A stretch of DNA of 64,000 nt from Azolla caroliniana (GCA_043228905.1 JBHGNT010000001.1:27900001-27964000); one strand, 5' to 3'. Shown: positions 11,935 through 24,803, counted from the first letter of the stretch. Notes: generated by a model from the sequence alone, not told the origin. A program made the numbers and translations.

Positions 11935-12609
11935 TGATGTCGCGAAGATGCGCGTGCGTGTGTCGCTCGAACGGGACCACCGGGGTCTCTAACCAGGGAG
12001 GACGTTTACCAAGTTATCAAGAAACAATGTTGCCCTTGACAAGATCAAAAGATTGATGATTATAAGAAGTACAATAAGAAGTATCAAAGATGAAAGAAGA
12101 TGAACAATAGAAGTATAACTATAAGAAGAATTTTATATTGATGATGATGATGATGACGATGGTGATTATCACCTATTGAGCCCCCCCTACACACAAGCCC
12201 AACTAGAGGCTTTTATAGGTCTCTCCATGCTTGTGACATGCACAAAACCATGGGCTAAAACCATGGTTTTGTCCACACGGTTTTGCCTATGACATGCACA
12301 AAACCATGGGCTTAAAACCATGGTTTTGTGTACACGGTTTTGACTATTTGCTACCTATGAAATACTGAATATGAAAAGAAAATATACAAAATGTAAAGCA
12401 TGTAGTAGTAGCTTTAGTGGTATGATAATTGTTTCTTATCTTAGACGTGCAAGGTTCAAATCCTACTTGCAACCCTCAATATGCGCTCAGTGCCATCATG
12501 TCCTAGGTTTATTTATTATTATTTTCATTTTTACAAGTATTTGTGTAATGTGCATATATGCTCAATTTTTCACTTTTTCTCACATTAAACACGCCACATC
12601 ACGACATCA
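11935..12609 (-). mobile_element. 5' LTR of element C
   Basis: TGATGTCG...CGACATCA inverted termini. TATA CCTATAAAA on - near 12211-12219. ~55-bp palindromic tandem (AAAACCATGGTTTT) at 12235-12345. Gag of element F resumes at 12610. Confidence 0.85.
12401..12474 (+). other. tRNA-like Pol III A/B-box sequence within the U3 of LTR C
   Basis: A-box-like TAGCTTTAGTGGTA and B-box GGTTCAAATCC (12453-12463) at tRNA-like spacing. The cloverleaf is degenerate. Confidence 0.45.
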
Positions 12610-13992
12610 TCACAAGTGATATTCCTTGGGATGAACAAGCCCTAATGGAGCAATTTCGTTCCGGTCTTCGTAGTGATGTAAAGGACTTACTTCTTACCTT
12701 CCCCGAGGATCCAAAATCACTTACATAATCTATTAGTCGAGCAATACGGTGTGATAATCGTCTTTTTGAGCGTCGATGTGAGCAACAACAACAAATAACA
12801 AGATCAAGATACACACCAACTTATGCATCAATAATGGCGCAATCGTCTCCAAGGCAAATGTATAGCCCTGCTCCAACCCCAAGGCAAACACGTAGCCCAA
12901 CCCCAATGGATAGGCCGACGCCCATGGAGATCGATATGACCCAACGTCGAGGACCATTGTCAGATGAAGAGAAGCAACGACGCCGAGCAAACCGTCTGTG
13001 CTTATATTGTGGAGGTCCAAGACACATAGCCATTCATTGCTCCCGTAGGCCAAGACGTCAGGTAAATCACATTCACTATGACAATAAAAATGAGTCCAAC
13101 ATTTTAGAAGCACTTAGTGATTCTCATATTATGAATAATCCACCCTTGTCCAATAAGTTTAAAGTCCTAAGCCAATTAGAAGAGGAGTCAAACAAATAAG
13201 TCCGGCCAAAATAGGAGCCATTTGGTTGGACAACCCAAGCTCTGTACAACCGAGTGTAGGTTCCATTTCATCCAAGCATGTTAGTAGAGTCTTCTCAGCC
13301 CAAGTACAAGTTAGGACACCGAGTTGCCAACTTCACGTCCAAGCCCTCTTAGATACCGGAGCCAATTCTTGTTTCATGGATAAAGATTTTGCCCAAAAAC
13401 ATCAAATATCCTTGCATTCACTTCCTTGCCTAGTTTCCGTAGTGGTGATTGATGGACGTCCCATAGCTTCCGGGAAGATATTCAAAGAGTCTGAGCCAAT
13501 ACACATACTCTTAGGTGATTTAGGATGTGTAGTTTCCTTTAATATAATCCGTAGCCCCGAACATCCAATTGTCCTTGGTTTGCCATGGTTCGGGCTACAT
13601 AACCCACGAATTGATTGGAGGAGGCGAGAAATTTGGTGCCCTTCTGCAAAAAACATCATTGCTAAGGATTCTACCTAGGACTATTCCCTCAAAGAATATA
13701 GTTCTACCAATGCACCATCTCCTTTTCATCAAATCTCAACTATCACATTGCAACAAATGTTCCAAATGGGAGGAAAGGAGGAACTTTTTTTGTTTGCAAT
13801 ATCAGTGACACCTTCTAGTGCCACTCAAGGGAATTCAGACATCCAAATTCCCGAAAAATATCAAGAATATGTTGATGTTTTAGACAAAGTCAAAGCTAGT
13901 GTACTTCCAAAGCATCGGCCGTATGATTCTCCCATTGACCTCCAACCAGGAAAAGAGCCACCGTGGGGTCCGATCTACAATTTGTCACCAAC

Positions 13993-14538
13993 TAACAATC
14001 GGCAACGGTTCGGTTTGAACTGAACCGAACCGCGAAACCGCGGTTTAACGGTTTCAACAGTTCGGTTCAAGTTTAGGTTTTTTTTTAACGGTTCGGTTCG
14101 GTTTCGGTTTGGTTTCAACAGTCAAAAACCGCAGTTTAAACAGTTTAACGGTTTTTATTTTTTATTTTTTTATTTTTTTATTTTTTTATTTTTTTATTTT
14201 TTTATTTTTTTATTAAAAAAATTCTTAAAAAATTTAAAATTTGTTTTTAAACAATCTTTTCATTTTTACACCTTATTCTCACATTTTAGGAACATCTAAA
14301 AAAAATTTAAAATTCTAAATAATGAAATATTATAAATTTTAAAAAATAATAAATAAATAATAATAATTTTGAGCTATGTTGAAAACCGAAACCGAACCAC
14401 GAAACCGCGGTTTAATGGTTTAACGGTTTGAAAAAAAAAAAAAAAAAAAGTTTAACGGTTTCATGGTTCGGTTCAGGTTTCAAAAAATTTAAACGGTTCG
14501 GTTTGGACCCTCTCAAACCAAACCGTTGCCGATTGTTA
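13993..14538. mobile_element. hAT MITE inserted in the pol of element F
   Basis: TIRs TAACAATCGGCAACGGTT / AACCGTTGCCGATTGTTA. 8-bp TSD TCACCAAC at 13985-13992 and 14539-14546. Removal restores [16 protein letters not shown]. Confidence 0.95.
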
Positions 14539-15300
14539 TCACCAACTGAGAATGAGGTTCTTCGAGAATACATCGAGGAGAATCTTGCACATGGGTTTAT
14601 TCGACATTCAAAGTCTCCAGCCGATGCTCCTATATTTTTTGTGAAGAAAAAGGACGGGTCGCTTCGTTTGGTCGTGGACTATCGGGGATTAAATAAAGTC
14701 ACCATAAGAAATAGGTATGTTCTTCCTTTAATCTCCAGTCTTTTAGAGCGCATTGGTGGGGCAAAACATTTTACAAAGATTGATTTAAGGGGTGCATATA
14801 ATCTTGTTCGCATTTGACTGGGAGATGAGTGGAAAACGGCATTTCGCACTCGCTATGGTCATTTCGAGTATACAGTCATGCCTTTTGGGCTCACAAATGC
14901 ACCCGCAGTTTTCCAACATATGGCAAATGACATTTTCCGAGATTTTATGGATATCTTTCTCATAATCTATTTAGATGATCTGTTGATTTACTCTAAAACA
15001 CAAGAGGAACATGATATACATGTCCGGAAAGTACTTGAACGCTTAAGAAAGTATGGTCTATATGCTAAACTTGACAAGTGCAATTTTGATAGCGAACAAG
15101 TCGAATTCTTAAGTTATACTATTTCATCTAAGGGTATCTTCATGGATCCAGCAAAAGTCAAAACAATATTGGAATGGCAACCCCCACGTTCTGTTCGAGA
15201 TGTCTAATGCTTTCTCGAATTTGCTAACTTCTATTGCAAATTCATACAGAATTATTCAAAGATCGTGTTGCCTCTCACCCAACTCACCAAGAAGAATCAA

Positions 15301-15680
15301 GCATTTGTTTGGACTATGGAAGCGAACACAACCTTTACTCAGCTCAAAGAGGCATTCACATCAGCTCCTATATTAGCACATATTGATCCCGAAAAGCCAT
15401 TTACCATTGAAACATTTGTTTGGACTATGGAAGCGGACACAACCTTTACTCAGCTCAAAGAGGCATTCACATCAGCTCCTATATTAGCACATACTAATCC
15501 CGAAAAACCATTTACCATTGAAGAGTATTAGCACATATTGATCCCGAAAAGCCGTTTACCATTGAAGCATTTGTTTGGACTATGGAAGCGGACACAACCT
15601 TTACTCAGCTCAAAGAGGCATTCACATCAGCTCCTATATTAGCACATACTAATCCCGAAAAACCATTTACCATTGAAGAG
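15301..15680 (+). repeat. Three tandem copies of a 111-bp RT/RNase H connection segment
   Basis: CATTTGTTTGGACTATGGAAGCG...TTTACCATTGAA units start near 15301, 15412 and 15568, with a partial unit between the last two. Confidence 0.9.
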
Positions 15681-15706
15681 AATGTGTCAGACTTTGCATT
15701 GGGGAG

Positions 15707-16202
15707 TGTCATGAATACATAAGCATCATGGCTTCACTTGGGCTTGAACCCATGACTTTGTAATACATAATCAAGAACCTAACCATTAACATAGCATATG
15801 ATCATATCAAACAATAAAAGCTACTTCTTGTAATAGACTAACTATTGTAAATGTTCTGGAACATTCTAGAACATTCTAGAATATCCTAGAACATCTTAGA
15901 ATATTCTAGGTCTAGAACATTCTAGAATATCCTAGAACTTCTTGCAATATTCTAGGTCTACAACATTCTAAAACATTATAGTAATCACTAGGCTATAGGA
16001 ACCTATAAATATAGGCATATAATTCTTCTCAAACCAATTCGAATCAACACCAATCTTAAGCTTTCGTCGCCTATCTTGTATCCATCTTCATTTTATCTTA
16101 TTAATACATTCATTCTCTCTTATCGTTTCATTCTTCTCTTATCATTTCATTCTTCTCTTGTTGTGATCTCTTTACACTTTATCTTTTCTCTTGGTTCTGA
16201 CA
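15707..16202 (+). mobile_element. 3' LTR of element F
   Basis: TGTCA...TGACA termini. TATA CCTATAAATA near 16002. ~10-bp TTCTAGAACA repeats at 15853-15975. Flanks (GGGAG/ATATG) do not match, so it is not a solo LTR. Confidence 0.8.
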
Positions 16203-17479
16203 ATATGCATTAATAGTCATCTGAAGACAATAAATTTAGTTGGCCCCTTGAATGACCAAATCCATCTCCAGTAGTTTTTCAAATGCAAAGTTGAAACCCC
16301 CCAACTGGTCCAATGTTTCTGAGTTGTTGGTATCCTTGCATTCCGAGAGAGTAGTCATGCTCTTCCAAGTTTTACTGAGTATTGAAAGAAGGGAACCTTT
16401 ATGACTTGTTCCCCCAAGGAATGTGACCAAAACCAACCCCTCGGATCCCATGTTAATCTTGCAACCGGGTCTCTTGCATATAACCACAACATATCACACA
16501 TATGAGCAATTGAAGGATAAGGATCGAGCATTCATTTCTTTCCAATTTTTGCAACCACTCTGACTGGTGCACTTCGCAAGTGTTGTAGATAACTGCACTC
16601 AAAGGTGTAAGGTTGTAAAGTATGATTGTTTAGGACTTGAAAATAAGAAGTGCACCCATTAGGTAAAACACCCTTGACAGCCATCAATGTGTCATTTACG
16701 AAGCGTCCAAACCACATTTACATCATTCATATATTATGATCATATAATCCCCAATTGTACCAATATAACCACACAATTGAACTATTACTCTTTATGCAAG
16801 TAAAAAATACATTTCCCCACAAAATAGTATCAATCATGTCAAAAGTTCATATCATCAATTCTTGGATTGATTTCAAACATGGTCAACTTTAAGTACCTCC
16901 AATTTAATAGTTTTTTTTTAATTAACAATATCTGAATCCTGATTACCTACCTAACCTTTAAATTAAAAGAATTCTATTAATACATCAACTAAGCAATTCT
17001 ACCTTATGTCCCACATGTGAATGGCCATCATAATTGTAAAATAAGTGTAGAAAATAGGAAAAGAAAATATAGTTTAAGAGGATGTATAGGATTATAATGA
17101 CCATAGGTCAAATGCCCAACAAATAAGAATTAAAATCTTGATGCTGGGATAATGATCCACCATGTACATCATTAAAACCATCCAAAGGTGCAAATGACAT
17201 CTAGAGTTAGGGGGTCTTATACCACGAGAAAGACTACACATTATAGCAAGCTCAGAAGATAGATTTTAAGTAGCTACAAAGCCAATGATAGTACAACTTT
17301 AGAAGTGTGGCACAATTGCTAATCTTGATCCATAGAGTGAAAAGAAGCACAATGATCTATTTCTTCTTCTAAGAGCATTCATGAATCCAAGCGTCAACTT
17401 CATCAACTCTTCTAAACTAATTACTACCTACATAAAGAACATGATGTTATTGTTCCCACAAATTACTATTGGTGTTATG

Positions 17480-18300
17480 CAAGGATGCTTAAGTCTCACC
17501 CACTATCTTTGACTTATGAGTCATGACTTAATGAATTGGAACATATGGGCAACTAGTTTAATGAAGAAGGTATTGGTAGGAATGAGGTTATCATGCTTTT
17601 GTTATATGCATATGATGTGGTGCTTTTTGCAAATACTTTAGAAGATGCCCACAAGCTTAGTGGACATAGAAAACTTTTGCATGCATAATTAGTTGAGTGT
17701 TAATACCTCCAAAACAAAGGTTATGCTTACGAAGCCTAAAGATAAGATAAACTACGTGTTGTGTACTATAGGGAGACACTTGAAACCATAGAAAGCTTCA
17801 AATATCTTGCACTTAAGGTTCCCACCAAACATAGATCAAATGAATGTGCTACTATCGTTTAAAAGTGAAAAAGAGAGATTGCTATGAACATATAAAATGT
17901 TGGGAGAAATTAAATATCGAGATCTCAAGAAATGCCTCTCACATATTGATAACACCAATGTTTCTTTATGGAGTTGAAGTATATGGCAAATCCCTAAATA
18001 AAAAAGAGTTATTAAATGTCCAAAATCTCTTTCTTATGAGGTTTATTAAGGTCAAGTCACCACAAATGCTTCCATTTCTTGAGACCAAATTACTTCCCAT
18101 TAAGATCATGGCTGTGGAACGAGTGATCAAGTACATATTTAAAGTTCAAAAACAACCCTCACACCAATTTTCTACTATTGCATGGGACACAAGTAGAAAT
18201 AATCAAAAGACACAACCAAATTTTGGATATAAAGAAATGGTTTGGAAAAAGGGACGCATCACATTTGCTTCATGATGCTTCAATAGAAGCCTCAGTGATA
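17480..18300 (+). mobile_element. Highly decayed LINE RT fragment
   Basis: Remnant motifs SPTIF, LLYAYDVVL (from YADD), NTSKTKVM, ESFKYL and ITPMFLYGVEVYG, colinear with the intact LINE at 39.5-43.3 kb. Confidence 0.7.
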
Positions 18301-18349
18301 AGAGACTTTATTGCAATGCCAGTGTAACATCGCTTGTATTTTACATCAT

Positions 18350-18590
18350 TTATTACAGATGTTGGTTGCACCCAACTACAAAATCATTTTCACTGTTTCC
18401 ATATCCTCTGTATTTGAATTAATGCAAGATGATGCAGATTTTTTCTTACATAGATTAGAAACTCCAGTTTCACATAATTTATTACATACGTTTGCACCCA
18501 ATTACAAAACCATTTTCACTGTTTCCATATCATCTGTATTTGCATCAATGCAAGGTATGCAGATTTTTTCTTCATAAATTAGAAATTCCT
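18350..18590. repeat. Diverged tandem duplication of about 127 bp
   Basis: TTGCACCCAA(C/T)TACAAAA(T/C)CATTTTCACTGTTTCCATATC...GCAGATTTTTTCTT occurs near 18366 and 18492. Confidence 0.8.
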
Positions 18591-20434
18591 CCTTTGCAAT
18601 CTACAACGTTTAGATGGGTCGATCAAGGCCAGTGCAGGGACAACAATGACAAAGGAGTTAATTATAAGTTTAATACACATTCAACTAGGTTCAATGCGTT
18701 CAAAAAGAATAAATTTACATGGACTTCCATCAAATACTGGTATTTATTCAACTTTTTGTAGGTTCACCTTTACATATTTATATGCCCCTCAAATACTGAT
18801 AGCAATCTTACAATATCAGAAAGAAGCTATGGATTACAAAGTTGTACTCTACATCAGAAACAATTACTGACTGATAAGAAGTTTATATATATATATATAT
18901 ATTATTTTGCTGATAAAATCATAACTAGTCGTAAGGAAAAATATAACCTAGTTCTAAGGAAAGAAACAAAAAGGAAAGTTTAACTGCCTCTCACTAAATA
19001 CGTGACCACATGCAAAACAAGAAAGGCTCTCTAGTGACCTAAGTCAAACGACTTTTGTGCAAAAATATGCATCTCTAAATGTCATAACGTGATGAAGTAG
19101 TGAGCTCTCAGCCTATAAAGGGCATGAGCCACTAGGTCTTCTTGTAATTATGCAAGTGGTATGTGGTGATCACTATTATATAAGACCTTATTATTCCCCC
19201 ACCTTCCCTTCCAAATATTCTGATCCATTCCCATTCTTCCCATATTATAAGCAAATTACAGCTCATAGCCTCTCAGTAGGGTAAATAAATCTAAAGGGAA
19301 CACAACCCGCAAATTGTCTAGTATAGCAACCATATTCTGTACTCGGGATGCAGTATTCATTTACTAAACTTGAAGAACTTCATAATTCAATTACATACCT
19401 TGCAACTGCCGTCTGGAGCAAGTAAACCTGGGCGCACAATAGGTCTCATGAAATAGCACCATATTCAAGGAACAATAACCTGCAAAAGAAGTATGTACAT
19501 GGACACATTATAATCATTTATGCTTTACTCTAGTAAGACTAGTAAATACTATAAAGACAAATTATGTTAAAGCCAAAAATTAGGTCACCTCATCATTAAA
19601 AACAAATACGAGAAATACTGTCAGAAAGGGAAGTCTTTTTGAAGGTCAGGTTCTAGATGTTTCTAATGAGAATAAGAAAACCAGTTAGGCATCTGTTATA
19701 TTACCTTCCTTTCCATAACTGTCAGCGTCAGTCTCATATGTAATGTCAGTAGCTCTGCTTCATTTGGTGTGTGTAAAGTAAAAGTCAGTAGCTGCTGCGG
19801 TCAAAAGAGAAACCGAGAGATCTAGTAGTCCCACTTACATAAGTTAATCGGTGGATTAGTTCAAGGGTAACAAACAGTCGTTGACATCCAAATGAATATC
19901 AGTGCATGTTAGATGATTCACTAAATTTGTCAGTGGATACAAAAAAATTTAATTGCAGGACAAATATGTCCATACATAAAAAAATACGAGTCTCGATCAC
20001 ATATATTATGAGTTAATGAGAAATGTACTCCCCAATAACTGAAATTAGAATCCACCATTTTTACAATAAGGAGAGCAAAAGAAAGAAACAATAGACAGAG
20101 AGAACTGCAAGAGATCCTTTTCCTGAAAACTGAACAAATGCTCAATCAAAATTTGCATCCTTACATTTTATTGATAGTGGACAAGACATGTTATTGCTCT
20201 AAGTTCATAGGCTAAAAAGAATCCTCCTTGTCCTAGAAATTCTGATAATCTTTACTTAGTAGAAGATGAATGCACCTGCTTCCTCAAAATAACAGCTGAT
20301 GGCGGGGGTATATGTACATGAGACACCACCACCCAATGCCAAACTCTGACAAACTTCATAGCAGTCCTTATGCTACTGTAATGCATGCCTTTGTAGATCA
20401 AATAGCTAGCTTCAGCTTTATTGATAACATATCT

Positions 20435-23400
20435 TTATCCTCCTGTTTTAGCACGCTTCATCCCAGAGTTGTTAAATGGAGATGCATTCCCATTCCATGG
20501 AGGAGTCTCCTCTCTCAAGGTGCCATTAAGCATGGCAAGCTCCCTAAGCTGTTGCTTCTTGAAGAAATCGTATGTCTCCTCCTGAATCATAAAAATTGTG
20601 TTAAAAACTATTACGAACAACATTCAGAAGGTCCTCATCAATAATCCATCACTTGTTAACATACCACAGGCTTCAGAAGGTCCTCAATAATCTCGCGAGC
20701 TCGATTCAGCTGAAGATCAATCACGTTAGCATTAGTAACCAGTTGTTCTGCTTCTATAAGAACATGAAGGTGCTCATTGAGATGCTCATAGCCAGGTTTA
20801 TCTCGAAGCTTCTCCTCCTGCGGGCGACAAATTGCAACCATTAAAATGGTTTGTCAAACCAAATGTAAATACCCTGGAAATCGCTTATTATGCTGCTATG
20901 AGAGGAACGTTGTTATTGCCACTTTAAAAGAAACAAAAATAGAACAAGAACATCCTCCCAGACAAATAAGTGAAAAGATAGCGTAGCATTATTCTGGCGA
21001 GAACTAAGTTTTTTAACATGTTCAAAGAGTACATTAACCTTCTCTATTTCCTCAAATGTGAACCAAAATAGGCCCTGCAAACTTAGACAAGCTACTTTTC
21101 TATTTAGCTCATGCAAAAGAGCACATATTAACTTTGAGCAGGCTGACTAACACAATGCTTCAGATCCTGTTCGCAAAATTATCTTCCCTATCCATACCAG
21201 TCTGCCAATATTTTGTGCTGCTTCTTGAATCCTACTGCATACTTGACTTAAATTTGTCACAGCACATTCAGAAAATTTACACCAATCAGATCATGAAAAA
21301 CAAGAATTTGATCATAGCTACTTTTTTATGATATATAGAACAATGTGTAAGCTTCATCTCCAACTTCACAAAGTTTCAATGAGCTTGAGCACAACTCCAC
21401 AACCACATAAAGATGCATATGTGAAAAAATACAAGTAAAGTCAAGGGGGGGTGGGGGGAAACTATTTAACCATCACACAACATAATGCACCTTATCAGCA
21501 TCTCTTATAGATCCCCTCCCTCTGATGAACACACGGCACCCAGTGTCACTTTCCACACGCTTTAAAGAGTTGCCTCTGGGACCCAGCAGTCGGCCCACAA
21601 AATTGAACTACAATTATTCACCAATTGATACAAGCAAAAGAAGAGAAATGATGTAAACATTTGGAAACAATATAATCTAGTTAAGTGAATCTTCAAATAT
21701 TGGAGACAACTCAGAAAAAGTTGATTTGTTGACCTACAACTTACTGGATCTTTCTTCATACACTTACATTAGGATACCTGTCTATAGGAACTTCGACTCG
21801 TAGCACCTTCTTTACAAGATGACCTGGAGAACTCATGGAAACGTTGCTCATTCCTGGAGATCCACGCCATGCAAAATTTTGTTGTGCTATCCTCTTTAAT
21901 GAAAAGTGTACATAAAACCGATCAGAAAACATTTGCGAGAAAATCAATCATCTTTCCAAGTCGATATTTTTACCTCAGATTGAAAAGCAGACCAACCATT
22001 CACATCAAGACCCCTCCCAGTTGAGATGAATTCTCCACCCAAGTGTTCTCGAATATCAAGTTCCCCAAAAGTAGTTCCAAGCAAAGCAGATAATCTCACA
22101 ATTTCTGTCCCAAAACAACAAAAGCTCAGACTGTCCTTTCTATGTAACCAATAAGTAAAAACTTAATTCTAAACACTAAGATACATTATTAAAACTGTGA
22201 TATTCTGTAGCACATCCAATATAAATCAATTTTGAATGATTTCGAGCAAAGCAAATTGATTCATGCCAAAACAATGGTGTCCCTATTCGCAGAAAAACAT
22301 CAAAATTCATAGCAGTCCATATTGCATCTGCAAGTCCCTATTCTACAAAATGTCTCTTCTAAGGTCCTTCAAATCAGCTCTTTGATTGTCCTTCCAATTG
22401 GTCATTTAATATCCCCAAACATCTCTTCTAATACCCTTTAAATGTCCATTCTAATATTCTTCAAAACGTGTCCCCACAAGGATTCTTCTCCAATTTTCTT
22501 CGTATCCTTCACCATCATCAATAAATATTACAGAACAAATTCCAGAATGAATCGATCACATCCTTGAGGAGAAAAAACAATTAAAATTGAGAAACATTAT
22601 GGATCCAAGAATCTAGGAATTAACTTGAATTTTAAAGAGAAAAAACCCATGCTCAGGAATCTATGCCTATCAACATTGGGCTAGTATCAGCTACACATGA
22701 TTTGAGCAACCATACCTGGCAAAGTTTAGAAGTTCATACCTTAATTATGCATAAAAACCAACTCTCATTCTCAAATAAAGGCAAGCATCAAATTTTTTAC
22801 ATCAAGGGCACTAAGCTCACTAGCTGGAAAAGTAATCTATTTCATCAATTATTAAATTTATGATTGCATCAACCAAAAAATTACATTTAAATATTTATGA
22901 TGTTGACAATGCACTTTACTAGCCAATTCTGATCAATCCATCATGTCATCTCTTATTCTTTTATGATGTTGACAATGGGGGAGGAGAGTGTGATTGGTCT
23001 TTCTTTACAAGTGATATACATTGTTACACAAGTTACTTTGTTGAAGTTAAATTAGCTGTAAAATATAACATGTCATCTCCTATTTTTTATTTCCAGCTGT
23101 AATTGGATATCTGTGCCAATGCAATAGCTCCAAGTAAATAATTCATTGATACTTGAAACCATATTATACATAACAGTATAACATGGCAGCATGCTGTTAT
23201 TAGCTATTAGAAAGGACATTATTGAAATTCATAGGAGTTAAAGAATATAACATGCCATTTTTTAATCATCTACTTCAAACTATAGGTGGCTACCAGGATA
23301 TTTACATACACGTTGCCTGATATTTCCAAGCAAAATTACAGATGATATTTATATACATAGCACTTAAATGGGTGCTTTGTTTAAAATGTAGCTATAGTGA

Positions 23401-24651
23401 ATAGTAAAAATCCTGAACTCAAACGAACTATAATACATTTCAACTGTAGAATAGTAAAATGACTTCCAGAGATAGCTTTATTTAAGGAAATGAGCTATTA
23501 TTTCAAATAAGCTGCTTATATAAATGAACTATTTCTTTTACATAAAAGGTACTCAAACGAGTGCTTTCTTTCAACTGCGACCTTGGAAACATTTTTGCAA
23601 TAACCAAATAAGTTAATGCATAAAGAGCACAAAATCACATGCTTTGTTTCAATGTAACCTAGGAAAATAACTTCCCATGACCGTATACTTAAAACAAATG
23701 AACTGTTATTGATCTTATTATGGTATCAGCCCCAAAACAATGAGACATTTTTTATGTAAAACTCTAGTACCTTGGTTAAGTAGCCTGCTGCAATTAGGAA
23801 GTACTTGAATGAACGGTCCCAATTTCTGGCGCTCTAGAAGGAGCTCTGTTAAGAATCTATACAAGAAATTCTCGTGAGGGTTTGAGCATGTTGCAAAAAA
23901 TCCTAGTTCTTGCAAAAGTCAATGCAGATTCAGCAAAATATCACATGGAAATGAAATAATATGAACATGGTCAAACGAAAATGAGGCACCTTCTACATTA
24001 TCACACAAAAATGACGCATCATCGGATTAAAATGAAATGACATATTCATGATTGTATGAAAATGGAACGGCATATTCTTCAGGACATGAGAAACGGAACA
24101 TTGTACACATCATCGCATGAAAATGCAATAAATTATAACATGAAAATGAAATAAACAATATACATCACCATGGGAAAATGTGAAGAATGTATATATCAAT
24201 CAGCGTAAGGGAATGGAACAACATATACATCATCAACATGAAAGTGGCGTAAAATACACATCATCATATAAATTGAAACAAATCACGTGGGAATGGAACA
24301 ATATATACATCATCATGTAAAAAAAAGGGAACAAATTACCACATTAAAAAGCAAGAAATCAGCACACGAGAATGAAACAGCATAGACATCAGCATCATAC
24401 GAAAAAAGAAGGGGAAGAAGTTACCACCACGTGTCAATGAGAAAAGCATACACGTCATCACATAAAAACAAAATGGAACATGAATAGGATCGCACATACC
24501 TTTGAATCTCAGCAGCTGTCCACGAAGAAGAAGAAGAAGAAGGGGAAGGGGAAGGTCGATGGTGCGAGGAGGTAGCTCCATTGGAAGAGTAAAGAGACAG
24601 GGAATTCATGGAGTTCATTGAATGCACGGGGGATTGGCGAGAGGGGATCAT
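20435..24651 (-). CDS. STAR-family (Quaking/SPIN1-like) KH-domain RNA-binding protein, 7 coding exons, about 303 aa
   Basis: Exons 24500-24651, 23771-23856, 21974-22104, 21768-21893, 21491-21607, 20665-20817 and 20435-20581; all GT-AG and phase-consistent. QUA1 ([15 protein letters not shown]...RLLNQEI), KH ([22 protein letters not shown]...IRGRGS), QUA2 ([20 protein letters not shown]), C-terminus MKRAKTGG. Confidence 0.95.
23940..24480. repeat. Degenerate minisatellite in KH gene intron 1
   Basis: Recurrent ACATCATCACATGAAAATGGAACAA-like units of roughly 30-35 bp. Confidence 0.6.
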
Positions 24652-24744
24652 GTCGTCGCCTTCCTTCACGTGCTTGAGCAGGAGAATTAGATCAGGCGGA
24701 GAGAGTACACAGAATGGATCGACAGAAGCAGGAGAAAGACTCTT

Positions 24745-24748
<4 letters not shown>

Positions 24749-24803
<55 letters not shown>
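24749..24803. repeat. (TG)n(AG)n microsatellite in the KH gene 5' UTR
   Basis: Directly visible in the sequence. Confidence 0.9.

Larger units (their letters stand above)
12610..15710 (+). mobile_element. Degenerate chromovirus-type (Tcn1-like) Ty3/Gypsy gag-pol (element F), truncated in RNase H
   Basis: Gag WDEQALMEQFRSGL, PTPMEID and knuckle CLYCGGPRHIAIHC. Protease [43 protein letters not shown]. RNase H start SDFALGSV. Several stops. Confidence 0.92.
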
